From NCBI GenBank assembly GCA_963779415.1, contig CAVZYA010000003.1, positions 128,001-192,000 on the forward strand: a DNA stretch of 64,000 bases. The letters are read 5' to 3'. Made by a program: the position numbers and the translations under genes. Shown here in pieces: positions 30,606 to 42,900 of this stretch (its first letter is position 1; every line of letters starts with the position of its first letter). The DNA is from an uncultured Acidobacteriota bacterium. GTDB taxonomy: Bacteria; Acidobacteriota; Thermoanaerobaculia; UBA5066. A model generated the notes under the pieces. The model was not told the DNA's origin and did no database searches. It saw nothing but the letters and a program-made list of their open reading frames with translations.

Positions 30606-32302
30606 GAGAAAAGCCCCAGAGATCTTCTTAGAAAGAGGAGAACGCCGGGGATTTCTTCGAAAGTGAAACGGGGGATGGAAGAGGCGTGCCGGGTGGCGCG
30701 GTCCGTGACGACCGCGACGAATGTTGGGATCGTTTTCGCAGAGAGGCTGGCGGCCGGTCGCCGCGCGGCAGACTTCGATCTTCGGCAGACGATTCGCCCC
30801 GGATATCCCTCGACGACGACGACGTCGCAATCACCGAGACCGAATTCACCCTCCAGGAAAAACGACAAGGGGCGCCTGTCGGGAGCCTGCCTGTGGACCG
30901 CGCTGCGCCTTCCCGCGACCAGCATCGCGGGTTCCGCGCCCGCGGCCTTGTGGCGCTGCGAGTCCTTCCCTTCCATGTCCGTCTCGTACTCGTGGTCGGT
31001 GTGCTTGACCGATCCGACCTTCAGCCCTTCCGCCGCGAGCGCCTCGATGAGCTTCACGGCCACCGTCGTCTTGCCCGACTCGTGCGCCCCGACGACGAGG
31101 AGAACCACCGGAGATTTCTTAGAAAGGTAGAGAAGACTTCGCGCGCGGACGGGGGCGAAGCGCGCCACGTCGTCCCGGAAAGTCGAGATCCACGGAATCG
31201 AGAGTTTCTCCGCGTCGACGAGCCTGCGGAATGTGGCTGTTCCCGTCAGCAGGTCGACCGCCGGGACGTCGTCGCGATATTCGTAGCTCTCCGTCCGCCA
31301 CGCGAAGGAGGCGGGGTCGAGGTCGCGGAGGGCCTTCACCAGACGGAGATACGTCTCGAACGGGCGGAACGATTCCGGGTCGGTCACGTGGGCCTGAACG
31401 CCGCCGCAGAGTCGCCCGGCCTGCTTCTGGAAGGTCGGGGTGAAGACGTGCGGGCGGAAGACGACGCCCGGCATTACGAGAGAGTTCGCGGCGTCCGCCG
31501 CGGCGTCCGCGTCGAGCCACGGCGCGCCGACGATCTCGAAGGGGCGCGTCGTCCCGCGCCCCTCGGAGAGATTCGTCCCTTCGACGAGGCAGGCCCCGGG
31601 GTAGACGAGCGCCGTCTCGCGAGTCGGCATGTTCGGCGACGGCAGGACCCACGCCGGATCGTCGCCGAGGGCGCGGCGCCCGAGGAGCGCACTTCCGCGG
31701 CGCATTGGGACGACGGTCAGGTCGCAGCCGAGCGAGAACTCCCGGTTGACGAAAGTCGCGATCTCCCCCGGCGTCATGCCGTGGCGGACGGGCACCGGGT
31801 AGAGGCCGATGAACGAAAGGAGCGGCGTCTCCGGGAGGTTCCCCTCGAGGACTTCGCCTCCGAGCGGGTTCGGCCTGTCGAGGACGACGACCGGGATCCC
31901 GCGCGCCGCGCACGCCCTCATCATCAGCGCCGTCGTCCAGACGAAGGTGTAGTAGCGGCTCCCGACGTCGGGGAGGTCCGAAACGACGACGTCGAGGCCC
32001 GCGAGATGCTCCGGCTTCGGCGTCAGGTCGTCGAACGTCGCGCCATAGAGCGAGACGACGGGGATCCGGGAGGGCTCCCCCGAGTCGACGGCCTCCATGT
32101 CCTGCGCCGCGCCCCAGAAGCCGTGCTCCGGGCCGAAGAGGATCTCCACGTCGAGGCCCGCCGCCGCCATCGCGCGCGCGGCCGGGACGAAGCCCGACGT
32201 TACCGACGCCGCGTTCGCGAGAAGCCCGATCCGCTTTCCGCGAAGGAGCGACGGGTCCCGGAGGAGAACGTCGAGGCCGGCCAGGAGCTTCCCGGTCGTC
32301 AC
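30602..32302 (-). CDS. NamZ (DUF1343) exo-beta-N-acetylmuramidase fused in frame to a MobB domain
   Basis: FGPEHG, DVGSRYYT, LDRPNP, RHGMT, PSPNMPT, EGTNLSEGRGT, then GAHESGKTT...VKH...GKDSQRHKAAGA...VEGY with no stop between. Confidence 0.85.
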   Translation of the reverse strand: MTTGKLLAGLDVLLRDPSLLRGKRIGLLANAASVTSGFVPAARAMAAAGLDVEILFGPEHGFWGAAQDMEAVDSGEPSRIPVVSLYGATFDDLTPKPEHLAGLDVVVSDLPDVGSRYYTFVWTTALMMRACAARGIPVVVLDRPNPLGGEVLEGNLPETPLLSFIGLYPVPVRHGMTPGEIATFVNREFSLGCDLTVVPMRRGSALLGRRALGDDPAWVLPSPNMPTRETALVYPGACLVEGTNLSEGRGTTRPFEIVGAPWLDADAAADAANSLVMPGVVFRPHVFTPTFQKQAGRLCGGVQAHVTDPESFRPFETYLRLVKALRDLDPASFAWRTESYEYRDDVPAVDLLTGTATFRRLVDAEKLSIPWISTFRDDVARFAPVRARSLLYLSKKSPVVLLVVGAHESGKTTVAVKLIEALAAEGLKVGSVKHTDHEYETDMEGKDSQRHKAAGAEPAMLVAGRRSAVHRQAPDRRPLSFFLEGEFGLGDCDVVVVEGYPGRIVCRRSKSAARRPAASLSAKTIPTFVAVVTDRATRHASSIPRFTFEEIPGVLLFLRRSLGLFS

Positions 32303-32393
32303 GGCGGCGAGTCTAAGCGGCTGGGCCCGCGTGATGGTGCGAGAGAGCACGGTGAAACTCCGCCGCCTGAAGGAGGCCCATACCGGGGGATTT

Positions 32394-32426
32394 AAGAAAA
32401 ACGAGAGGCCCGAAGGCCTCCCGTTT
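32394..32426 (-). terminator. Intrinsic terminator downstream of the collagen-like gene
   Basis: Minus strand AAACGGGAGGCC-TTCG-GGCCTCTCGTTT then TTCTT; cUUCGg tetraloop. Confidence 0.8.
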
Positions 32427-32454
32427 CACGATCGTTTTTGCGGCTCCGGGCGCG

Positions 32455-35400
32455 CTACTGAATCGGATCGCCCGATGGGATCGTGAACGTGACGGTCCAG
32501 GTCGCGCTTCGCGCCGTCGGGTTGCTGGCGGGCGTGCTCCGAACATTGACCGCGCCGGTCGTCAGCGGGAAGTTGCTGGCGTTGCTGCAGGTCGTGTTGC
32601 CGCTCGTGATGGTGCACGAGATCGAGCTCGTCGACGCATTCGACCTGACCGCAAACGCGTAGCTGTTTGGCGCGGCTCCGGGGTCCCCGCTCAGGGTCAC
32701 GGAGAAGTCGTGCAGGTAGCCCCCACAGTAGACGCCTGCGGTGTTATCCGTAACGGTCGTACTCGGAGTCGTCTGGGAGATCAACGATGCATAGCTGGCG
32801 GCGCCGGTGTTGAGGTTGGCCCCGTTCGTGCCGCCACTCTAGCGCATAGTTCCCGGAAACGCAGGGACCCGCGGCCCCCGTCGCACCCGTGGCTCCGGTT
32901 GCACCCGTCGGGCTCGACCGGCCCTGTCGCGCCCGTGAGCCCCATCGGTCCGCTCGGCCCGGCGGCGCCCGTCGGGCCATTCGGCCCCGTCGCGCCAGTG
33001 AGCCCGGTCGGTCCGCTGGTCTCGCTCGGGCCCGTGGTGCCCGTCTGGTCCAACAGGACCCGTCGCTCCCGTAAGGCCAGTAGGGCCGCTCGGACCGATT
33101 GCACCCGTAGCACCGGTCAATCCCGTCGGTCCGGATGGTCCGCTGGGCCCGGCTGGTCCGGTCGCTCCCGTCAGTCCGGTCGGCCCCCTGAAGGTCCGCT
33201 CGGTCCCGTGGCTCCGGCGGCACCCGCCGGACCACTGGGCCCCGCGGCGCGCCTGTGGCTCCCTCAGGCCCCGTCGGCCCCGTCGACCCGATCTGCGCAA
33301 TCAGCTGCCAACTCGGGTCCGCACCCGGCGTCGTCGTGTTGCCGTCCGTCGTGCTGATGTAACTCGACCCGCCGTTCGACACCGCGTCGTCCTTCGCGTA
33401 CGGCCCCGTCCCGTTCCACGGTCCCTGCCACGTCATCCCCACGGGGCCCGTTGGGCCCGTTGGACCCGTCGGCCCGTCGAGCCTGTCAATCCGATGGGCC
33501 CTGTCGCTCCGGTAAGACCCGTCGGTCCCGTTGCTCCGGTCGAACCCGTCAAGCCGGTGGGTTCCGTCGCGCCAGTCGTCTCCCGTCAAACCCGTTGGTC
33601 CCGTTGCCCCCGTCGCTCCAGTGAGGCCCGTCGGACCCGTAGCTCCCGTGGCGCCTGTCGGACCGGTAGATCCAGTCGCACCGGTCAAGCCGGTCGCACC
33701 GATCGGTCCGGTGGTCCCGGCGGTCCCCCTCAGGCCCCGTCGGTCCCGTCGGACCGGTCGGACCGGTCGGACCAGTCGACCCGATCTGCGCTATCAGCTG
33801 CCAGCTCGGATCCGCACCAGGTGTCGTCGTGTTGCCGTCCGTCGCGCCGAGTAGCCGACCCGCCGTTTGACACCGCGTCGTCCTTCGCGTACGGACCCGT
33901 CCCGTTCCAAGCTCCCTGCCACGTCATCCCCACGGGGCCCGTTGGGCCCGTTGGACCCGTCGGCCCCGTCGAGCCTGTCAATCCGATGGGCCCGGTAGCT
34001 CCGGTGGCGCCTGCAGGACCGACAACGCCGGTTGCGCCAGTCGGTCCTGTCGCTCCGGTAAGACCCGTCGGTCCCGTTGCTCCGGTTGCACCGGCGACGC
34101 CCGTGGCACCCGTCGGCTCAATCGGCCCAGTCGCGCTTGTAACACCCGTCGCGCCAGCCGGACCCGTTGCACCCGTGGCTCCCTCAGGCCCCACTGGTCC
34201 TGTCGGTCCCGTAGGTCCCGTCGGCCCTGTCGACCCCGTCGGTCCTGTCGACCCGATCTGCGCAAGCAGCTGCCAGCTCGGATCCGCACCAGGCGTCGTC
34301 GTGTTGCCGTCCGTCGTGCTGATGTAGCTCGACCCGCCGTTTGACACCGCGTCGTCCTTCCGTACGGACCCGTCCCGTTCCAGAGCTCCCTGCCACGTCA
34401 TCCCCACGGGGCCCGTTGGGCCCGTTGGACCCCTCGGCCCCGTCGAGCCTGTCAATCCGATGGGCCCGGTAGCTCCGGTGGCGCCTGCAGGACCGACAAC
34501 GCCGGTTGCGCCAGTCGGTCCTGTCGCTCCGGTAAGACCCGTCGGTCCCGTTGCTCCGGTTGCACCGGTGACGCCCGTGGCACCCGTCGGCCCAATCGGC
34601 CCCGTGGCTCCTGTGAGCCCGGTCGGTCCACTTGGTCCGCTCGGTCCGGTGGTGCCCGTCGGTCCAACAGGACCCGTCGCTCCCGTAAGGCCAGTAGGGC
34701 CGCTCGGACCGATTGCACCCGTAGCACCGGTCAATCCCGTCGGTCCGGATGGTCCGCTGGGCCCGGCTGGTCCGGTCGCTCCCGTCCAGTCCGGTCGGCC
34801 CCGAAGGTCCGCTCGGTCCCGTGGCTCCGGCGGCACCCGCCGGACCACTGGGCCCCGTGGTGCCTGTCGCCCCCTCAGGCCCCGTCGGTCCCGTCGGACG
34901 GGTCGGACTCAGTCGACCCGATCTGCGCTATCAGCTGCCAGCTCGGATCCGCACCAGGTGTCGTCGCGTTGCCGTCCGTCGTGCTGATGTAGCTCGACCC
35001 GCCGTACGACACCGCGTCGTCCTTCGCGTACGGACCCGTCCCGTTTGAAGCTCCCTGCCACGTCATCCCCACGGGGCCCGTCGGGCCCGTTGGACCGTCG
35101 GCCCCGTTGGACCCGTCGGCCCCGTCGAGCCTGTCAATCCGATGGGCCCGGTAGCTCCGGTGGCGCCTGCAGGACCGGCAACGCCGGTTGCGCCAGTCGG
35201 TCCTGTCGCTCCGGTAAGACCCGTCGGTCCCGTTGCTCCGGTTGCACCGGTGACGCCCGTGGCACCCGTCGGCCCAATCGGCCCCGTGGCTCCTGTGAGC
35301 CCGGTCGGTCCACTTGGTCCGCTCGGTCCGGTGGCGCCCGTCGGTCCAACAGGACCCGTCGCTCCCGTCAGTCCGATCGGTCCCGAAGGACCGCTCGGAC

Positions 35401-37703
35401 CAGTCTTGGGCCCGTAGCACCGGTCACACCGGTTGCGCCCGTCGGTCCGGTCGCTCCGGTGGCACCTGCGGGACCACTGGGCCCCGTGGTGCCTGTGGCT
35501 CCCTCAGGTCCCGTCGGGCCGTCGGCCCCGTCGGTCCTGTCGACCCATCTGCGCAAGCAGCTGCCAGCTCGGATCCGCACCAGGCGTCGTCGTGTTGCCG
35601 TCCGTCGTGCTGATGTAGCTCGACCCGCCGTTCGACACCGCGTCGTCCTTCGCGTACGGACCCGTACCGTTCCACGCGCCTTGCCAAGTCATCCCCACCG
35701 CGCCCGACGGGCCCGTGGCTCCCCGTCGCGCCAGCAGGCCCCGCCACGCCCGCCGGCCCGGTCGCACCTGTCGCTCCCGCAGGCCCAGCCGGTCCCGTCG
35801 CACCCGTTGATCCAGCAGGCCCCGCAACACCTGCCGGTCCCGTCGCGCCCGTGGCTCCCACAGGCCCAGCTGGTCCCGTCGCACCCGTTGATCCAGCAGG
35901 CCCCGCCACGCCCGCCGGTCCGGTCGCACCTGTCGCTCCCGCGGGCCCAGCTGGTCCCGTCGCACCTGTCGCTCCGGTGGCTCCGGTCGCTCCCGTCACG
36001 CCCGTCGCTCCGATGGGCTCCTGTCGCTCCGGTAGCTCCTGTTGCGCCCGTCGGCCCAATCGGTCCAGTCGCTCCCGTCACACCGGTCGCCCCTGTCGGT
36101 CCCGTTGCGCCCGAAGGCCCAATCGGTCCGGTGGCTCCCGTAGCTCCAGTGACTCCCGTAGCGCCTGTTGGTCCAATCGGCCCAGTCGCGCCTGTAACAC
36201 CCGTCGCGCCAGCCGGGCCCGTTGCACCCGTGGCTCCCCTCAGGCCCCACTGGTCCTGTCGGTCCCGTAGGTCCCGTCGGCCCCGTCGACCCAATCTGAG
36301 CAATCAGCTGCCAACTCGGATCCACACCCGGCGTCGTCGTGTTGCCGTCCGTCGTGCTGATGTAACTCGACCCGCCGTTCGACACCGCGTCGTTCTTCGC
36401 GTATGGACCCGTACCGTTCCACGCGCCTTGCCAAGTCATCCCCATGGGGCCCGACGGGCCCGTGGCTCCCGTCGCGCCAGCAGGCCCCGCTAGACCTACC
36501 GGTCCCGTCGCTCCCGTGGCTCCCGCAGGCCCAGCGGGCCCCGTCGCACCCGTTGATCCAGCAGGCCCCGCAACACCTGCCGTTCCCGTCGCACCCGTGG
36601 CTCCACAGGCCCGCTGGTCCCGTCGCTCCCGTAGGTCCAGCTGGTCCGGTGGCTCCAGCAACGCCCGTTGGACCAGCGGCTCCTGTCGCCCCGGTGGCAC
36701 CGGTCGCACCCAGGACCGTGCGGTCCGGCGGGGGTCCTGTCGGACCGGTAGCGCCCGTCGGTCCGGTCGGACCCTCCGGACCTGCCAGTCCCGACGCGGC
36801 AATGGTGATCGTGTTGCCCAACGACGACAGGGTGATGTTCGGGCCGGCCGCGAGGGTGACGTCACCGGTCAGACCGTTCAGGCTCATCACGCCGACCGAG
36901 CCGGCGAGCAGCGAGTTCCGGAAGGCCATCTCGAATCCGGCGGCGTCGTTGCTGCCGTTGGCGAGTTGCGTGCCGTAGACGATCACCTTCCCGGTGCCGG
37001 AGATCACGGTCGTCCAGATCAGAGCGTTGCGCGTCGAGATCGCCGGGACGACATCCTTGACGTTGTACTGGAGAGCCTCCCACGCCAGGACCGTGTAGTC
37101 CTTTTCCCCCAGCAGGGCGCCAAGGGTGTCCCTCAGAGACGCGGACCGTGGCCGGCCCCCCCTCGAGATTGACGAGCCCGAAGTTGTAACGGAAGTCTGC
37201 ATCGGCTCCCTGAGTGACGCCCTGAAGCTGTGACGTTTGGCCGAGCGAGATCGCGAAGTTCGCGGGAATCCCGCTGAAGAAGAGTCCGTAACTGTCTGCC
37301 TCACGACCCGCCACCGGAAGGTCGTAGGTTCGAGACGAGACGAGAACCGCGTCCGACGCGGTCACCCGGACGGCGCCGGAAACACCGGACACGCCGAACA
37401 GCGTCTCCACCGCGTTGTCGTAACGCCGCGTCTCGGCGGGCGACAGTGTGCCGGAGAACTGAGCGGCGATGGATTCGACTGATCCCTCTGATAGAAGGCC
37501 GCCTGGAACGTCGCCGGGTTCTGCGAAAGGTTCGTGATCCAGATCGTCGAGTAGAACTCGCTGCCGTAGAGACCGGGCGCCCTCGAGACCGCCGGGATGA
37601 CGACGTCCATGCCCGAGAAGCCGGCTAGGAGAGGCGAGCTGAAGGGCAGGGCCACGAGCCCGACGACACTGCCCGCCGCGACGAAGTGGAAGAGCCCCCT
37701 CAA
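32455..37703 (-). CDS. Giant secreted collagen-like protein, ~1700 aa, broken by many indels; start uncertain
   Basis: Signal peptide, globular N-terminal domain pair, [11 protein letters not shown] motif, long GPT/GAT/GPA triplet runs, six interspersed modules, Cys-containing C-terminal domain (32455-32860). Confidence 0.85.
33282..36443 (-). repeat. Six dispersed ~160-bp direct repeats embedded in 9-bp collagen-triplet repeats
   Basis: Copies at ~33282-33440, 33775-33931, 34247-34405, 34912-35070, 35539-35696 and 36285-36443, consensus [46 protein letters not shown](I/L)AQIGST. Confidence 0.92.
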
Positions 37704-37950
37704 ACGCTGACGAAAACGGCAGGTTCCGCGATCGCCGTGGGCGCGCGACCGCGCTCCGCCGCGACGGTCACCCCGCGACAACTCCACTCCGCTCATCTGC
37801 TGGGTCATCGTAGCAAACAAGATGCCTTCGTCGAAAGGCTGAAAAATCGCGAAGGTCCTCTACAACCCCTGGATTCAAGGGTTACCGATGGAAAGGATGA
37901 GCCCCGACGGACAAATTCTGTCACTCTCGGCGACAGATATTCCCGACACC

Positions 37951-39106
37951 TCAGCCGTTCGTCTTCTCCGGCGGATGTCCCGCGGAGGCCGAGCCGGCTC
38001 GAACCAGTATCTCTGCGATCCGCGGCGCCGCGTGCCCGTCGCCATACGGATTCTCTCGTCGTGCCATGGAGTCGTAGGCGGACCGGTCCCTGAGCAGTCT
38101 CTCCGTCTCGCTGACGATCCGGTCGACGTCGGTGCCGACGAGCCTCGCGACGCCGGCCCGGATCCCTTCGGGGCGCTCCGTCGACTCGCGCAGAACGAGG
38201 ACCGGCTTGCCCAGGGACGGAGCCTCCTCCTGAATGCCTCCCGAGTCCGTCAGAATCAGTTCGGCCACCTTCAGCAGAACCACAAACGGCAGATAGTCGA
38301 GCGGCTCCGTCAGGATTACCCGGGGCACGGACGACAGAATCTCGCGGACGGGCTGCTGTACGTTCGGGTTCAGATGAACCGGGTAGACGACCACCACGTC
38401 GTCGTTTCGCTCCGCGATCCTGCGCAGGGCCTCGCAGATCCTCCGGAGAGCGGCGCCAAGCTCTCCCGGCGGTGGCTCGTCACGAGGACGAGCCGCCGCC
38501 CGCCCGGACCGCCCTCCACGGGGGCCGGAAAAGGAGCAAAGGCGGCCCCCGCGTCGAGCCTCCCGAGAACGTCGACCAAGGCGTCGATACCCGTGTTGCC
38601 GACGATGTGGATCCGGTCGCTTCGACGCCCTCCGAAAGAAGGTTCTCGCGCGCGAGCGGCGTCGGAGCGAAGTGCCAGTTGGCGAGCGACGCCGTCAGGC
38701 GGCGGTTGACCTCTTCGGGAAATGGCTGGGCGCTGTCCCGGGTCCGCAGTCCGGCCTCCACGTGAGCCACCGGGACCTTGAGAAGAACGCCGACAGCGCG
38801 GCTGCGAAGGTCGTCGTCGTGTCCCCCTGCACGACGATGACGTCAGGGGATTCGCGCGCGATGACGTGGGAAACGGACTGGAGCACTGCCGCCGTGATTT
38901 CCGTCAGGTCCTGCCCCTTTCGCATCAGGTCGAGGTCGTGGTCCGGGACGATTCCGAGACAGGCCCATCAACGGGTCGAGCATCTCCCGGTGCTGGGCCG
39001 TCGTGCACGTATGCACCTCCATCCTGCCCGACAAGGCGCGCACGACCGGGGCCAGCTTGATCACCTCCGGCCTCGTACCGAAGACGACGAGAGCCTTCGG
39101 CCTCAC
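37951..39106 (-). CDS. wecB: UDP-N-acetylglucosamine 2-epimerase (non-hydrolysing), frameshifted
   Basis: [70 protein letters not shown] across several frames. Confidence 0.93.
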
Positions 39107-39879
39107 CGGGCGGTCCCCCGTTGCCACCGCTCCTGCACCAGAGCGATCATGAGGCGAAGATGATCGCCGATCGCCTTGAGCGTCTTCATCTTCGACGCCC
39201 CGGTCGTCCTCCTCCGCAGCACCATCGGCCGCTCGACCACGGAGAATCCCTGCCGCAACGCGGACGCCAGCATCTCCGTGACGCCGGGAAATCCGGGGTT
39301 CTCGAATCGCATCCTCTCGACGACTTCGCGACGGAACACCCGGAAGCATGAAGTGTAGCTGTAAGCTTCACCGGGAGGATCAGCCCGTAGAGCCCGCGAA
39401 GCGCCGCGACTGAGGACGACGCGCCATCGGGGAACTCCCTCGACACCGCCGAGCGGATGGTATGGGGAGGCCGAGACGACGTCAGCCCCCGACGACTCGA
39501 GTTCGTCCACCATCGGAATCGCTCGCGAGGATCGAACGTGCAATCGGCGTCGATCGTGCACACGACGTCGCCGTGGGCGGACTGGAACCCGTCCGGATCG
39601 CTTCCGCGATTCCGCGGTTGGACTCGTGGAGAAGGACCCGGCCGTTCACCTCCGGCGCAATCTCCCGGAGCGCCGCGCTCGTTCGGTCGGTCGATCCGTC
39701 GTCCACGAAGAGAATCTCGGTATCGTACCGGGGCCCGAGGCCGGCGACGACCTCCGCGAGGATCCGGCGCAGCATCGAACGGTTTCCTCCTCGTTGAAGC
39801 AGGGGACCACGATCGAGACCCGCCGGCGCGCCGAGGGCGTGCTCGACGATCCGCGGTGGCCACCTTCCGGTCCGGTCAT
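39103..39879 (-). CDS. GT2 glycosyltransferase, polyprenol-phosphate sugar synthase (DPM/GtrB)-like, frameshifted
   Basis: [58 protein letters not shown]. Confidence 0.88.
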
Positions 39880-39944
39880 GTCGCCCGAATCATGGCCTCG
39901 ACGAATGCGGAAATGAAATCAGCCCGTCAACTACAATCGCGCCA

Positions 39945-42900
39945 ATGCCGGCGGAGGTTGAGGGGACGTGGCGGCGTCTGACCGTCGGGGCCCTCGCCCG
40001 GCTCCGCACCGAGGGCCTGGGATCTCGCCCTCCTGTTGCTGGCGCTCCTGTGCAACGCCGTCGCGCTTCCGGACGAGGCGCGTGTGAATGCCGTCCCGGT
40101 CAACGACGACGCCTTCCACGCGGTGGCCACGGAGCGTCTGGGCGAGGCGATCGCGGGTGGCGAGCCGTTCCTCGACCCGTGGGTCGCGGAGTGGGGACTC
40201 GGCTTCCCGATCTGGAGGAGCTACCAGCCACTGCCTCATCTCGTCGCGGCACCTTTCGTCCTGGCGGTCCCGCCCGCTCGCCGGACGGCGGTGTTCGCCG
40301 TCGTCGCGGCGGTCGTTCGAGGCCTCCTCCCGGCGGCCGTCTGGGGCGGCGCCCGCCTGTTCGGACTCTCTCCCCTGGCATCGGGAATCGCCGCACTGCT
40401 CGTCCTCCTGCCGTCGGGCCCGGCCAACCTCGGACACTTCGGCCTCGGGGGCGGACTCCTACGCGTTCAGTGGACCCGGGCTCTACACCCAGCAGTTCGC
40501 ATTCCTTCTCTTTCCTCTCGCCATCGGCGCGGCGCGCCGTGCCCTCGACACCGGCCGTCACCGCCCCCTGGCGGCCGCCCTTCTGTCGGCGACCTTCCTG
40601 TCGCACATCGTCGCCGGGTATGTCGCAGCGCTGGCCGTCGTCATCCTCGCCGTTGTCGGACCCTCCGGAGAAAGGCCCCGGCGGCTCGCTCGTCTTTCCT
40701 GGGTCGCCGCCGGTTCGGTCCTCCTGACGGCATGGTTCACGATACCGCTCTTCCTGGCCCGCGATTCGATCAGCCATTCGCGATGGGAACCGGCCTGGAA
40801 GTGGGACTCCTTCGGATCGAGAGCGATTCTCGAGGCGCTCTTCCACGGAACCCTGCTCGATTCCGGGCATCTTCCGGTTCTGACGGCCCTCCTCGCCCTC
40901 TCGGTTGCGTCGGCCGTCGTCCTTCGCCGCTCCGACACTTCCCGGCGCCTCCTCGCGCTCACCGCCGTTACCTTTGCCCTGTTTCTGGGGCGAGACACGT
41001 GGGGGCACCTGCTGCACCTGCTCGGCGTTCCCGGGGATCTCCACCTTCACCGGGTCCAGCCGGCACTCGAGCTTTCGGCCTGTCTGCTGATCGCATGGAG
41101 CGCCGATACCGCGCTGACGCACCTCCGGAATTCCAGCCCCTGGGCTGTCGCGCCGGCCGCGACGGTTCTCGGGGCGGCCTCCTCGTCGGACTCCATTCCC
41201 GGGCAGGGCTCTTCCGCGAGAGCTTCCGGATGGGACTCGACAGCCTGCGCGGCTGGAACCGCGAGAAGGGGGACGTCCGGGCGGCCTTCGACGACGTCCG
41301 CCGCCTCCTCCGGGAGAGGCCGGGGCGCATGACCGCGGGTCCCGCCGGAGGGTGGGGACGGGCTTTTCAGGTCGGCTGGGTCCCGGTCTACTTCGCCGCG
41401 GCTTTCGAGCACTTCGACTCGGTCAGCTTCCTCTTTCACGCGATGTCGAAGACGGGAGACACGATCTACCAGCGGAACTTCGAGGACGCCGGCCACGACG
41501 ACCTCTTCGCGATCCGCGCGGTCGTCGCACCGTCCGAGCTCGCGGTTCCGGCTCACTACCGGAAGGCAGGCCAGCACGGGAGATTCGTGGTCTACGAGGC
41601 CTCGCGGGAAGGCTATTTCGGGCTCGGCGACGTCATCGCCCGCTACACCGGCAAGAAGGGGACCGAGCAGGAGCTGTCGACGGCGTGGCTGGGGTCGCCC
41701 GCATCGCGGCAAGGGTTGTTCGTCGCGCTCGGGGCCGGGTCGGGCGAAATGCCGACCGTCGGGCGGTGGGGAACGATCCCCGCCGCCCCCTTGTTCGCCT
41801 TCACGCCGCGCGGCATGGTCATCTCCGAGCTCGCCGGCACGGGGCGCTGGCAGGCCGAGGTGAATCTCGAGCGGCCCTGCTGGGCCGTTCTGAAGGTGAC
41901 CTGGTTCCCCGACCTCCGGTTCTTCGTCGACGGAGTCGGCGTTCAGGCGATCCAGGTCACTCCGGGATTCCCGGCTGTCCCGGTGCCCGCGGGACGGCAC
42001 ATCGTCGGCGCGGTCTACCAGCCGTCTCCTCTGAAGCCGATCCTGTTCGCGGGAGGGATCGGTGCGTTTGCCCTTCTCGCGCTGGCCTCCCGCTCCGAAA
42101 GATCGCGCGGGCGGACGATCGCCTGGCAGGCGTCGCATCCCGTACGGAGACGTGGCTCGCCACCGCGGTACCGGCGTCCGCGGTCGCGGTGTCGGCCCTC
42201 GTCGTACTTTCCGGCCGCGCTCTCCTGCGGGGTCAGCTGATCCACGGCCACGATGCCCTCTGCTACCCGCCGCGCGTCGTCGAATTCGTCCGCGCGGTCC
42301 TCGACGGCCACGTCCCCGTCGTGTGGGCGGCCGACCTTGAAAACGGCTTCGGTCAGCCACTCTTCGCCTTCGCGTCACCGCTGATCTACCTCGCGGCCCT
42401 TCTCTCGACCTATCGGACTCGGCCTCGCGGACGCTCTCCAGCTCGGCCTGCTGATCCTTCTCGCCGCCGGCGCGGCCGGCGTCTACGTCCTGGCGCGGAT
42501 CTCTCCGTCTCGCGCCTCGCCGCAGTCGGAGCCACAGCCTTCTGGCTCTTACCCACCTGCACACGGATCTCTTCGTTCGCGCGGCATATGCGGAGTCAGC
42601 GGCCCTTCTCGTGTCACCTCTCGTCCTCCTGGCCCTCTGGAAGCTGACGGGGCCTCGGTTCTCCGCCGCCTCACTTGCGGGAGGCGCATGCGCCGTGGCA
42701 ACCGTCGTTCTCGGGCACAACGCGGTCGCGCTGCTCCTCATCCCGGCTTTCTTTCTGGTGGCCGGCATCGCATCGGCCGAGAGACCGTTCCGGCCCGCTC
42801 CGTCCCTCAGGGCCGGCGCCGCGCTCGTCCTCGGCATGGTGCTGGCCGCCTTCTTCTGGATTCCCGCCTTCAGAGATCCCGTGGATCAGCTCACGGCAGC

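Noticed and set aside
33282-36443. Repeats as a CRISPR array or DGR template/variable repeat pair
   Set aside because: Units are ~160-bp protein-coding modules separated by collagen codons; no cas or reverse transcriptase gene is present and differences are not confined to adenines.
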